Part shown: in pieces, positions 22,721-35,608 of the stretch
How positions within the stretch are numbered: the stretch's first letter is position 1
Layout: each line of letters opens with the position of its first letter
NCBI GenBank assembly: GCA_040954595.2
Contig: CM082587.2
Span: 12,277,753-12,341,752 of the forward strand
DNA: 64,000 nucleotides
Reading direction: 5' to 3'
DNA from: Balanoglossus misakiensis
Lineage: Eukaryota > Animalia > Hemichordata
The notes under the pieces: generated by a model
Told to the model about the DNA's origin: nothing
The model's database searches: none
Seen by the model: the letters and a program-made list of their open reading frames with translations, nothing else
Translations under genes and position numbers: made by a program

Positions 22721-25700
22721 GTTCTCCGTCCTCGTCGCCAAATATAGAATCGTTGGTGGGCAATAATGACAACACGAGACACCAAGTCCGGCATGTAAGA
22801 GTGAGAGTGCCTAGCCTAGTTCACGCACTTTATTCATAATGACCCGAATGTTGCATTACGTCATTTTACAGAATGTATAAAGTATAGATGCTCACTAGTG
22901 TTTGGACACTACAATATACATGTGACTGCAGTGTCTTTCCAATCATGAATTTGCAAGGTGTCCTTCGGAGAAAATCTTCTGATTCTCTTTTCTGATTTGC
23001 TTTGCATATTTAACTTAATGATCTCATTTGTTGGAATTCCCTGTCTCAAATTTTTGATGATCAGTCTCTGCCCCATTGCTCATCGTCCCAACTTTCTGAT
23101 GATATATGGATGATATATGGGATCAAATCTTTGGTCGTGTATTTGCTACAAATGGTAGGTATTGGTTCGTGATTGAGTCTTTGTGTTGTATATTTGGGGT
23201 CGCAGTGGTATGAGTTTGGATTTATGCCAATCTTTAAGTTAAGTGTTATTTGGGTTGCCGTTGAGCATTGATGGCTTGATAAGTGGGGCTAGGGTCAATT
23301 TTGATTGGGTTTGGATTGTTTGGGCTATGATAGGTTGGGTGATGGCTAGGATTTGTGGTGGGTATAAGGTGTGGTGTAAGAGATGGAGGCATTATGGGGT
23401 CTGGTGAGGTTTTTGTGAAGGAGGCCATGGTGGCTGCAGAATTCAGGGCATGCTGTAGCGGTTGAATGCATGATGATGGTAAACCACAGAGTATTGCATT
23501 GCAGTAGTCCAGTTTTGATGTGATTAGAGCATGAACCAGCATCTGGCAAACTTCCTTAGTGAGGTAACGGCGAATGTGGCTGATTTGACGCAGATGGAAG
23601 AAAATTGACTTGCAAATTGCATTAATGTGCTTATTGAAAGTGTAATTGTCGTCGAATGTCACACCTATATTCCGTGCAGAATTCACAATTTGAACACAAC
23701 ATGATCCAATGCTCATGTGGTTTATGGGACGAGGCGAGCGGTTGAACTGAGACCTTATCAGGAGTACCTCGGGTTTGCCAACATTTAGTTGAAGTTTATT
23801 ATGTGTCATCCAGGTTTTTATTTCGTGAACTGCCCTTTCCATCTTGTCTAATGTACTTATGGTGTCTAACTGGAAGAAATATTGGTATAGTTGGTTGTCA
23901 TCGGCATATTGGTGAAAATTGATGTTGTGGTGACAAATAAGTTGAGCAAGTGGTTGGATGTAGCTGCAGAACAAAAGTGGGCCAAGCACTGAACCGTGTG
24001 GTACTCCATATTGTAGATATTGAGGTTCTGACATTGTGCCATACAAACTGCTGTCTGTTCTTAAGATATGATGAGAACCATTGTAGTGCGATGTTGGTGA
24101 TGCCCAGTTTTGATAACCTTGAGATGATTGTGTCGTGATCTATGGTATCAAACACAGAGGAGAGATCGAGGAGAACCATGAGTACACATTTACCGGCATC
24201 CAGTGCCATACAAATATCGTTGTTGACTTTAGTAAGTGCTGTTTCGGTACTGTGATCCTTTCGGTACGCTGACTGCAGTGGTTCTTGTAGTGAGTTGGTA
24301 GTCAAATATGATGTCAGTTGTTGTGCTACAATCTTCCCGATTACTTTTGACAGGAAGGTTAGGTTTGAAACTGGTCTATAGTTCTTGAAAATGTTTTTGT
24401 CGAGCGAAGGTTTCTTGAGTATATTGGTGTGATGACTGCTATTTTAAGTTATTCAGGAACAGTTCCAGTTTTGAGTGACAAATTGATAATTGTGGCTATG
24501 ATAGTGAGCAGATTACCAAGACATTGCTTATCAAGTGCTGTAGGGATGAGATCAAGTACACGTGTTTTAGATGGAGACTGACGGGTTGGTTATAAGCTGA
24601 TATGGCTGAGGAGAGGTCATTTGGAGGCTAGGACATTTGATGTATTTTGTCGAGATCATGGCTGAAACTATCAATTGAAATGGCAGATATGACGATAAGA
24701 TATTTGACGTCTACTGTGTGTTGGTTTCGGAAGAGCAAGTTTTGCATTGACAGGATTGTGATCAGAGAGTTCCAAGCAGTCTACAGAGACACTCTTGATG
24801 TTAGACGCAGAGTTAGATAAGATGAGATCAAGAGTATGACCCTTTCTGTGTGTTGGTTGTTGGACCCATTGTTTCAGATTACAGGCGCTGATGATTCCAT
24901 TGAATTTCTGTGTTACTGGATTCTTATCATCTTCTAGGTGAATATTGAAATCTCCTACGATGAAGAGATTACTTGAGCAGGTGACATACTTCTCAAGTGT
25001 TGTACTGAACTCTTCCATGAACTGTGGTGCGGTGAATTTATTATTAACTGATGGTGGTGGACGGTAGACAAGAATTATTTTCATGGAAAGTTTCTGGTGA
25101 AGAATAGTTGCTTCCGCTGCCTCAAAAGATTTAACAGAGAGAATAGGCTTCCAAGCTGTTTATTTTAGTGCTAGCTTATGAATTTAAGCTAAGCCTCCAC
25201 CGATCTTGCCAACCCCAGGTAGATATTTGACAGCATAGCCTGGTGGTGTACATTCAGCCATTACGTGTTCGTCACCAGATTCCTTCAACCATGTTTCAGT
25301 GAGTACAAGAATATCAATTTCTTTATCTGTGATGTAGTCTGCAATGTCTAATGATTTGCATCTAGCTGAGCGGACATTCCATGTAGAGAGTACAAGTTCA
25401 CACGTATTGTGGAAAGGGTGGATCTTGAATACTGCATAGTCACTCTTCAATAGATATTTAGTGACTCGCTAACTGTTGCGATTCGTGTGTGTGTAATTTA
25501 CGTACTTCAAGTTAAATATCGCAACTAGCCGTAATGTTTGACTAGGGGGAGCACCTATACTAATGCGAGTACCAGGGATTGAAAGTTGCACCTGTATTTT
25601 GATCCCTTAGTTACCCTTATAAGTACATTTGTAGTTTAATAACCATAGTTCTATTGCAAACCATTCTTTCCGTAGTTTCTTGTTTCAAATATTGTAATCT

Positions 25701-28523
25701 GAATTTATTATGATGTTTAACAGGTGTGATTATCTGTATTTGCGGCCATTTTGAAAAAAAATTGGTTGCCATGGAAACTCTTCAACAGATATTTAGTGAC
25801 TCGCTATCTGAATTTGTTCAGTACTCATTAACACACATCTGAGCCAAGTTTGGTGCTTTTATCACAAAATACACAATCGATATGAAAATTTGGGTTTTGG
25901 TGCTCCACTACCTAAGTAACATTAAGGATGTACGTTCAATAAAATGGAAAGTATTGTCATTTTTTTTAATTGTGGATTTTTTTATTCTCTTTTGTATGTA
26001 TAATGAAAATCCGTAATAAAATATAGGGGTCACCGCGCTTGTTTTTGAAATACAGAGCCATGAAATTGGTCGATAATAGAAGAAATCTGCTGACTCAGCA
26101 TTTTTCACCAATGGTTTGTTTGTCTATGGCCAAAATTTCTTAATGCAATTTATCTCAAAAAAGAGCGCGGTGACCCCTATATTTTATTTGACCAATGAAT
26201 TTATATTTGCTGGACTGAGCTATGTGTAAAATTTCGAGAAAATAACAATAGTAGAAGTTTGTTTTCTGGCGATTATCAATGTAATCCTATGGAAAAAAGA
26301 CCGGACACGCAGTGTTTCCGGTTTATGTTCTGCACGTACATCCTTGATGAAGTTTGCTGGCTAGAGGGCTCCTAAACCTCCTTAATATTTGACGTCTTCA
26401 CTCCTACAGGACTGCGCAGCTGGAAGTTAAAGTTCAGCATGTTCTGAAGCATGCACGCTGTGTCCAGGGGTTTCATGTGTGGAACAGCCAGCCTCTCATC
26501 ACCAACACAATGCGGACTGGGATATTTTGCCAACAATGGAAGTATAGACTGTACGCCTTGTCCTGCCCCGGGTATAAGTGCCAATATGATGGTATGTCGG
26601 AGCCAGAGGTGTGTGAAGATGGATACTACACTAATATAGATGGTTAGTCAGCACTTAAAGTTTGGGCATTACTGTGTAATCTTTCACTTAAAGGCACGAA
26701 AGCTGTAACTTTTGGGATAATTTTCATAATTTTTGTTTAAAACTACACTACCATTAGTCCATGCAGATGAAGGCAGTGAACTATACACAAGCATTATAAA
26801 CCCTAAATATGAGTGCATATGCAAGTTTTAACCAGATAAATAATAAAGCTTTGCCGCAAGCGATTATGGCCGCCACCGTGGGAAAATGCAAGAAACAATG
26901 AAATTGTTGCATTTCCGGTTGTGAAACTTCATAAACAAAACATGATCTCATCCACTTGAGCTCATGGAAGTAAATGTACACCACTGAGACATCAGATTTC
27001 CATTTTTCATTGCAATATTGCACTTTTTTTAAAATTGCAGGAATTTTTGTTTTTTCTTTAATTTTGGCCATTGTGTCATAAATAAGTGTTGAGCTTGATA
27101 TATTATCATGAAATATCATTTAATAGACATAATTAAAAGCATATATGAGATTATTTAAAACATTAATTTTTTTATCTAGTTGCAGCTTACGTGCCTTTAA
27201 GGCAGACGATCATCTTATGTGCATGTACGTAATTCTGTGCGTACAAACATTACGTCCAGTCCAAATATTCTGCCAATTTTACATCCAATGCATTCAAATA
27301 GTGGACTGCTTCGCTTTCATCCAGTTTTCATGTGCATCGTATAAGTAGACTTTTGTTTTGTCCCGTCTTTTCACCAAATTTGCTCTTTTCCAAATCTCCG
27401 ACACAGACTATGATCGTCACGATCTTGTCTGTTGTTAGAACAGCACACTGCCGTATGGCATTGACTGTACACAGTTTCTGTTACCAATATCTCTGGATTG
27501 GCATTTTCCTGTCCTCAATCTTTTGCCAGGGATTTTTGTCTCCCCAACCCGCGTGAGAATCCCACGTCTTTGAAGGTATGACTGTGACTATAAGATTCTA
27601 TAAATCTCTGTTTATTTTCAGCACAAACATCATGTGCTGATTGCCCAGCTGGTAACCAATGTCCAAATGGTAACTCTGTGATTTTATGCTCGGCTGGTTA
27701 TTACAGTTCGGCCTTGGACAAAGGATGTCTCGCTGTACCTCTTGCATAACAGGTAAACTTCTACCCACCCACCTTTATTTCCAACATCAAACATTAGGTC
27801 AGGTAATTTACTAACTGAAAAATAGGATGGGATCATTTTCTATTTCTGTATTTAAAATTTACTGATATAATATATGAATGAAAAAATGACAATTTTTCCA
27901 AATTTGAATAGACCTCTATTTATGAAAATAATTAAAATTTGCACCAAATTTTTACAGTGGTATTCAAAGGTTAACTTGGTGTGTAAATTCTCTGTTTGAT
28001 TTACAGATCAGCTGGTGCTGAACATTGTACTATTTGTGAGCAAGGGTACGCCTGCATAGATCCCAGTGCATCGCAATTCAAGTGTACCAAGGGTTACGTG
28101 TCATTGGCTGGTGCAACAAACTGTACCAGATGTACAAATGGTAAGATTGTGGTACTTGTTCAGTTTGCTGTGTGATGAAACTGAGGGGTATGTGTGTATG
28201 CATGTATGTGTTTACAACAGATTTTCAAGTCAGTGCGACTGGGGGTATGTGTGTGTGTGTGTGTATGTATGTATGTGTTTACAACAGATTATCAACTCAG
28301 TGCGAGATCTTGCGAGACCTGGTTAGCCATGTGAGATCTCGCAGAGTCTTATGATATTCAGAAAATGGTTGATTAGAAATGACGTTTAATGTCCTCCAAA
28401 GAATTTTCTACATGCCTGTATACTTGTCTCAGAATTATGAAGTGAATCATCTCAAGTAATTTGTTATTTTAAATGACACTGTATCACAAATACATCACTA
28501 AAAACCTCATTTTCTTTAATCAG

Positions 28524-28721
28524 ATGAAATAAGTGAGGAGCCTGCACGCACATCCTGTCTTCTGTGCCCTGCTGGAAAATCGTGTTCAGATCCAATGTAA
28601 GATCCGCTCGACTGTGGCAATGGTGAATATGCTATGGAAGGCGACGGCACATGCACGCCTTGTCCAGTGGTATCCAAGTGTCCAACCATGTCACCCGTAG
28701 TGGATTGTTCAACAGTTACTG
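28524..28721 (+). pseudogene. Cys-repeat exon G4 (present only in copy B)
   Basis: 198 bp; EISEEPARTSCLLCPAGKSCSDPM*DPLDCGNGEYAMEGDGTCTPCPVVSKCPTMSPVVDCSTVT; cag/.../gtaagt. Confidence 0.8.
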
Positions 28722-31700
28722 GTAAGTTGGGCTGCAAATCACTCTTGTGACTTCCCTGTGTTATAGCATGGCATACACAGAAAATTAAACTGTTATGCTT
28801 ATTGGAGATGATATTGTGATGCACTTTGAAAAACACAATGATTCCACTGAAGAGGTATTGTACAGTTAAACCTGTGATTACGGACATCTCTCTAATAAGG
28901 GATCGTTGGACCAAACCATGGTGGTAAAAATCGTTCTTTGAATTTTTTCTGTGATAGGTTCATACTCGCTAGGTTCGGCCACGTCCTTCTGGTTATGAAT
29001 GCACAACTACAAGTGTCACACAGTGCGCTACAGGGCAGTAAAGTGCTGAAGGAGGTAAGTCTTGAAATCCCTTTTCTTCTTGTCTCGATTTGAACATGGT
29101 TCCACAAGTTGTTTACATCACTTGTAGTTTTACATATTTTTTGAGTTCAACAGCTAGCTATACATGGTGTCCTGAGAAGTCAACCAGTATGAGAAGTCGG
29201 TCTCGGCCAGTACGAGAAGTCGGCCTGTGGGAGAGAACCCTGGTACTTTGTGTTATATATAACTGTTTCACTACGAAATGTTTCCTTGATGTACAGGAGC
29301 TAAGATATTTGTACAAATAGCCGATGAATTTTAAAACTGTCTGTTCACTTTTCATGTACGTCACCGGGGTACGTCAACATCAGTCACCTGCACTTCTTGA
29401 GCTGCGCCAGTAGTCTGTTCCTTGTCACGTTTGTTTGTTTGTTTGTTTGGTGTTGTCTCAGAAAGTATGAATATACACATACATCTTCTATGTATTTTAG
29501 TAGGCTTTGAAACAACTCCCTTTAATCAGAAATGTCACAGGAATTTGGCGAACAACCTAAGCTCCTTACGCGGATACGAGGCTGGGGAACCGGTACGGAT
29601 GCCAGATGCCATTATTTGAAATGACGTCATTGTGTTGTCAAGAATTTGGGAAATCCGTCCAAATGAAAATATTTAGTGCAATTATATTTTATTAAGTGTT
29701 GTTATAAGTAATCTGGGTCATTACTGCACTATTCGGGTACAAGTTCAACAACTGGCCGACTTCTCATACTGGCCGACTTCTCATGCGCGCGTACTGGCCG
29801 ACTTCTAATCTGGCCGACTTCTCATGTATTCCTATACATTAGTGAAAATTGGGCAAACTGGTGTTTTCAGACAACTTATGAAGTCCTTGTCTCAATGGAG
29901 GTACCTGCCAACAACAGGTAAATTCTTGTACTGCCACAATTTGCATGTGCACAGAGTGTTACTAGGGAACCAGTTGTGAGACAAGTAAGTTTGAATCTGT
30001 AGCAGTTAATAATGATAATTATCATTTTTTTATTATGATTTAAACTTCACTGATGTTGTACAAACACAAAAATAGAAAGGGATAGCAGCTTAGCTCTATT
30101 CCGTTTCGAAAGTTTTTGTTCTTTTAAACTACCTGTGCATTTTTTTTATTTATTCTGATTATGCTAATATGCTAATTTGTCGGTTTGTCACATCACAATT
30201 TTTGAAGGAAACTCAGCCACTTACATACATTCATAATCACGTGACATTGATGATCATGGAAAATTTGACCCTTTTCCTTGCAGGACTCAACCAGTGTCAA
30301 CCAAATCCGTGCCAGAATGGTGGCTTCTGTCAACCGGCTCGAAATTCCTGCTTTGATCTCACCTGCATATGTACTGGTTGCTACAAAGGTGATAGGTGTG
30401 AGATATGTAAGTATACAGCGCAGTCTCTTTTACCTTTTGTCTCTGATGCATTCAAATACTGCATGTTTCCTGAGCATAGGTGTAGCCATCTCCACAGCAG
30501 AGCTTGGAGAGTTCTTGACATCGAATGCAAGATTACACTCTTTCCAATCAAAATCACTTTCGTGGCGCATAATGTCTTGATTGTCTTGGTTCAAGAAACA
30601 TTATGCGCGACTGGCCAATTTTACTGCCTTTTGTCAACACACATCCACTATGGAAATTCTCACTCCAGGCCAGATAGTGTAAATTTACATATGAGTCTAC
30701 AGGTGTGCTTGAAGTCAAGTCAAGCATTTGCAAGGAACCCTCCTCCAGTACACAGGTCTTTGATTTCATGAAGGGAAGCCCTTGCCTCACAGTCACTGCC
30801 ACATGATCTATGGAGGTGTGAACAACTTGATACCAGCCTAATATAAGTTGTAGGCACAATCACTCCGCACACCCTTGCCATAATTCTGCAAGGTTTTTGC
30901 CATATCTGTACTGTAGAATGAGTAGCAAGGAATAAAATGGCGTCCTTTCTTAATTTCCAGTGCAAAACCCCTGTGATCCCAACCCATGTATGAATGGTGG
31001 ATTTTGCCAGCAAACATCGTGCAATTTCTATTCATGCCAGTATGTGAACTCTTACACAGGTGACATCTGTCAAACCATAGACCCTAGAGAAAGAAGGACG
31101 AGCAACTGCGGCAAAGATCAAAGGGTTTGGGGATTATCTGTATGATGATGTTTTTTTGCATATAATTAACACCCAGGACAGTTGGACAATGACTTCCTTA
31201 CTTCGGCACGTGTCGACCCCACCAGTGATGCGAAAACTTGCCACCAAACTGGCACTCCTGCATTTCAGCAGCCACTGCGTTTTTTTCTAAAATTCTAAAA
31301 GTATTACGATGTCTGTGATAATTATTATGGTTTGGTGTTCGTCTGTCGGTTGAACGGTCATTTCTAGTGCCACAAGCTTCATTTAAAAATTGTAAACAAA
31401 TCATCCATGTTTTTTGCATGTCCGACTGGGCACTCATATTTCTTAGTAACGCTGACACTTTTCGTAATAATTTTATGTTTGCGTGAAGCATTGAAATAAA
31501 AATTGTGGTTTAGGGGCATTTTATTTCGCAGTGCGTGAACAATAAAACAGATTTCACGAAAACAATTTGTAAACAAACTGGGTGGATTATCATGTGTGCG
31601 CTATGGCCGCCAGGCAACCCTCGGTACGGTTAGCTCACAGCCTTGTGAAATACCCGGACTGTTAGACAAAAGATGCTTGTTTTGGACGCTGTCAGACTCA

Positions 31701-32886
31701 GATTCAAATTCCTGTTTAACTTGTCCAGATGTGTTCCATAAATAATCGCTGCGTTCAACCACGTTGCAGTTTTCTCGTCTTCTGCGAGATGTTCTGAGGT
31801 GTTGTGATAACTTCACGCAAAACACGAGACTTTGCGTTAGTTTATACACAGTTTATTTGCAAATTGGATTATTGGGATTTATCTGGAAATAATGTATGCA
31901 AAAGAACATCATTTCAAGAAAAAACTGGAATTGCGCGTCCTTCTTTCTCTAGGGTCCATGGTCAAACAAGTGAGTATATACTTTCAAGACACCCTGCAAA
32001 CAAACAAACAATCTTCATTCCGTAGATCTTTTAAGCTTATTTATACATTGTAAATTTTGATGTGAAACTTTATTGGTCTTGTTGCCAAACTTCTGAAGAA
32101 ATGAGGATATTGTTTTGAAGGGTATTTTATCAGTAGGTAACAAATACCATGGCCCTCCATGCAAATACCCACATGGTAAATTAAAACTGTTACAGATGTA
32201 TTTGATTTCCACATATTGATTACATGTGGGATAATATTGGGTGCTGGCAGTTTCAGTAAATGAACTGCTCTTAAAAGTTGGGCGTCAGGGCACCCTTGAT
32301 TTTGCCTGTTCCAAGCTAGAATAGTCTGTCCATATGAATATTTGTTCAGCAAGTTACAAGCAATCTTTTAAGTTTGGAATGAAAAAATAGTGAAATGACT
32401 TGTGATGTTAATATGCAATTGTTGGTTGATTTACATGCAACCCCCAGGACTCGATCAATGTTCTCCCAATCCGTGCATGAACAACGGTATCTATGAGCCA
32501 ATCAGTGGATCGTGCAGTGCGTTTACCTGTCGCTGTCAAGGCTGTTTCATTGGAATCACCTGTGACCAAGGTAAATTTATCAGACGAGGAACTGTTTTTC
32601 CCCCCTCATACCGGTATATTTGTCATAGCTGGCAGCTATGAAATTACCTGTATATTTAGGATGTGACAAACCAAATAGGCACTTTCAGGAATTGAGTCTT
32701 TTTTGCAATTACCACAGTCCTAAACTCCCAAAAGTATAATAAGTAATTCTTATTGTTCAGTTATACATTAAGGAGGCTTAGTTATAGGAGAACCCGATAG
32801 AACCACAGCTGTAGGAATTAAGGAAATGGTCATACCCTAAAAACTTATGTCACTACTATTTATTTTTTTTCATTCCATTGAAACAG

Positions 32887-33003
32887 AACAAACTCCATGT
32901 AGGCCAAGTCCATGCCTGAACAATGGGCAGTGTACTCGGCTGTCGTGTACAACTTATGAGTGTACTTGTCCAGGATGTTTCACCGGCACACACTGCAGCC
33001 AGT
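32887..33003 (+). pseudogene. EGF-like exon E11, individually intact
   Basis: 117 bp; QTPCRPSPCLNNGQCTRLSCTTYECTCPGCFTGTHCSQ. Confidence 0.85.
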
Positions 33004-33332
33004 GTAAAACTCATTAAAACAAACGTTTTGTCATGCAGGAACTAACATTTACAATCATGTCTCAATACATTGTCTGTTGGTCATACTTTATATTTTCATC
33101 TTCAGCATAACACCTTGGGCCTTGGGAATCGTTCACCTCAAAAATGATGTACAACTGAAAGAAAACATGTTTATTTTCATAGCCCCACAAGTGCGTCCCA
33201 GAATGAGCAAGTTGTTTTTGGAAGTGAAGTTCCGTTCAGTATTTACAGTAATGGTAATGATGATGTTTTTATCAAACAGATTTTGAAAGTAAATATTGCT
33301 GAGATAACATTAGGTTGCACTTTTTATTGCAG

Positions 33333-33455
33333 TCCAAGATCCATGCCAGCGAAACAGCTGTCTCAACGGGGCTGTATGTAATGCAGTGGCCAACTCCTGC
33401 ACGGCATATACCTGTGCCTGTACTGGTTGCTATGAGGGTAACCGTTGTGAAATAT
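33333..33455 (+). pseudogene. EGF-like exon E12, individually intact
   Basis: 123 bp; QDPCQRNSCLNGAVCNAVANSCTAYTCACTGCYEGNRCEI; ttgcag/.../gtaagt. Confidence 0.88.
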
Positions 33456-33892
33456 GTAAGTTTCTGACGTACCGTAAATGACAATCTTTTGGGCACTTTC
33501 TCTTCATGGCAATTGAATTGTGTGGTAACTTCTCATTTCTAAAATTCCCACAAGAGAAAAGAAAACAGAAATTTCATTTGTATGTCCGTGCAATTTAGGA
33601 TAGGCACGAACTTGTGAGGAAGTGTACGAAGCTGGATGTTTTCATCACTCAAATATACATGAGTTGCCTCTTGAAGACTAGTGTCTGTAGAGATAATTGT
33701 GCATGTGAGGTAATTTCTCCTAAGGTGGTGCACACATCTGTTTATTAAGTAAAAGGGACGTCCTTAATTATCCATACTATTTGGCTTGAAAAATCAATCT
33801 TATTAGGTGTTCTGATTAGAGAGGTGTCCATAAAGAGAGGTTTTACTGTATTACCCAAAAATAGAGACATTGTCCCTTCATCATATACTTAA

Positions 33893-34878
33893 AGTAGTTG
33901 GAAAGGCTAGGGCGTCAGTTAAAATTTCATTTAAAAACACTGAATTTATATCTAGAAATGTATTAGAGAAAAATTAAACTCATAAAAAATTCGGGGCAAT
34001 AAACGTGTAACAAGATATGGCTGGTTTTATGATACCTAATTTCATTCATCTGGCAAGGAAGCTAGGGAGCCTTATTTGAGCGCCCTCTAGGGGAAGACTT
34101 CTCCTAGGCTATGCGCACAAGAACGGGTTCCCCTAGCCAAGGGCATTTAAATGTAACTTGCAAACACTGATTCTTGCAATTTTCAACGATAGATAACCTT
34201 GCTTGTTTATTAAAGGCTGCCAAATTATGGACATTTTTACATTTCTAGGGAACCCGAAAAGCCAGCGGAAAAGCGTTTGACCCAGATAAATGCGATCCTT
34301 CGCTGTGAACTGCCGCTAAACTTTGCGTATTTCGCTACTTTTCTGCCCTTCGCCATAATGTAATGGTTTTTATTTGTGATTGAATAGGTATGCCAGATAT
34401 TTTTTTTATCATGAAACTTTCAGGAAAGGCTCGGGACATCCCAAAGAACAATTTTACGGGACAGTTTTTTCATAAGTTTTCCCGTTGTGTTTTGGCAGCA
34501 CGTTAAAATTGTATACAAAATATCAACAAAAACTGTGTTTTCCTGAGTGATAACTTTGAAAAAAATAAGTTTTTGCTAAAAGTGTCCCATACATTGCTGG
34601 AGGGGTTGCTTCATATTAAAATGAATACAAATTATTCAATAATTTGTGAAAACATGTCAAGATTCAATCAATATTTTGTAAAATTATGAATATTTATATT
34701 TAGGCGTATCAAATTTCATAATTTTAGCAGATATTTTTACAGTCATATTTTTCCCTCACTTTTTAGTTTGTTAAGAACACATGCTGCAAATTTCAAGTCA
34801 TTATCTTTATTCTAACTTGTGAAAATAAATTCACAAACATTGAGAGAATTTGCTTCAAAAATAGCCTTTCCAACTACC
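33893..34878. mobile_element. Kolobok-type MITE, 986 bp
   Basis: TTAA|AGTAGTTGGAAAGGCTA...TAGCCTTTCCAACTACC|TTAA; the empty TTAA site is at 361-364. Confidence 0.92.
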
Positions 34879-35016
34879 TTAATGCGTGTTCTGGGTATGG
34901 TTCCAGTATAATGCTTGTGTCAAAGGATTTTGTTGTGGTGCAGGAATCATCTTTAGTTGAGGTATAGCCATCTGCATTTCATGTTTTTTAAACCATTTTT
35001 TTCTGATAGTCATTAA

Positions 35017-35608
35017 AGCCTCAGTATTTCTCGTAGGGGCAAAATTTTGTTTGAAACGGCATCTATAATTTATAAAAGTAGATGATAATTGATACTAAAT
35101 CGAACAGTCATCATCCCCAGCTCTGCTCATAAACTCATACAATTTACAATATAACGGGTGAAGAATGACTTTCTGTCCGGACAGAAAGTCAGGCTCTGTT
35201 GACACACGTGACTAGTGCGCATGCGCACTCAAATGTGAATCTATGCGGAAGAGGTTTGGTCGCCCCAAATCAAGCGACTCAGCGAAGAAATGCGCACTAA
35301 TTCGGCGAAATTTTGGGAAGATAACTTTATGGGAGAAATCAGTCGTTGGAACCAGATCAAATCCGAAAATGGTCTGACCATCAAATGTCAAAGTGGCACG
35401 TTTGCTGATCGACATGTACAACATTTCCGTTGTAAACAAACCCGCGCATCATTTCAAGTGTTACGGGCAATATTTACAGCTTTCACGTAGCTATAGTTGC
35501 CCAAACCTTTCTTCTATCTTCATTATGTAGTATTCCATGATGAATGTACAGGAAAAACGGGCATTTTTCGATGATGAAAAATGGATAAACACAAGAAATA
35601 CTGGGGCT
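35017..35608. mobile_element. Kolobok-type MITE, 592 bp, inserted into exon E1'
   Basis: TTAA|AGCCTCAGTATTTCT...AGAAATACTGGGGCT|TTAA; the empty site is at 496-499. Confidence 0.92.

Larger units (their letters stand above)
18085..32812 (+). repeat. Tandem segmental duplication, copy B (~14.7 kb)
   Basis: Colinear with copy A, but carries only one 1238-bp unit and has a 518-bp segment that copy A lacks. Confidence 0.95.
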
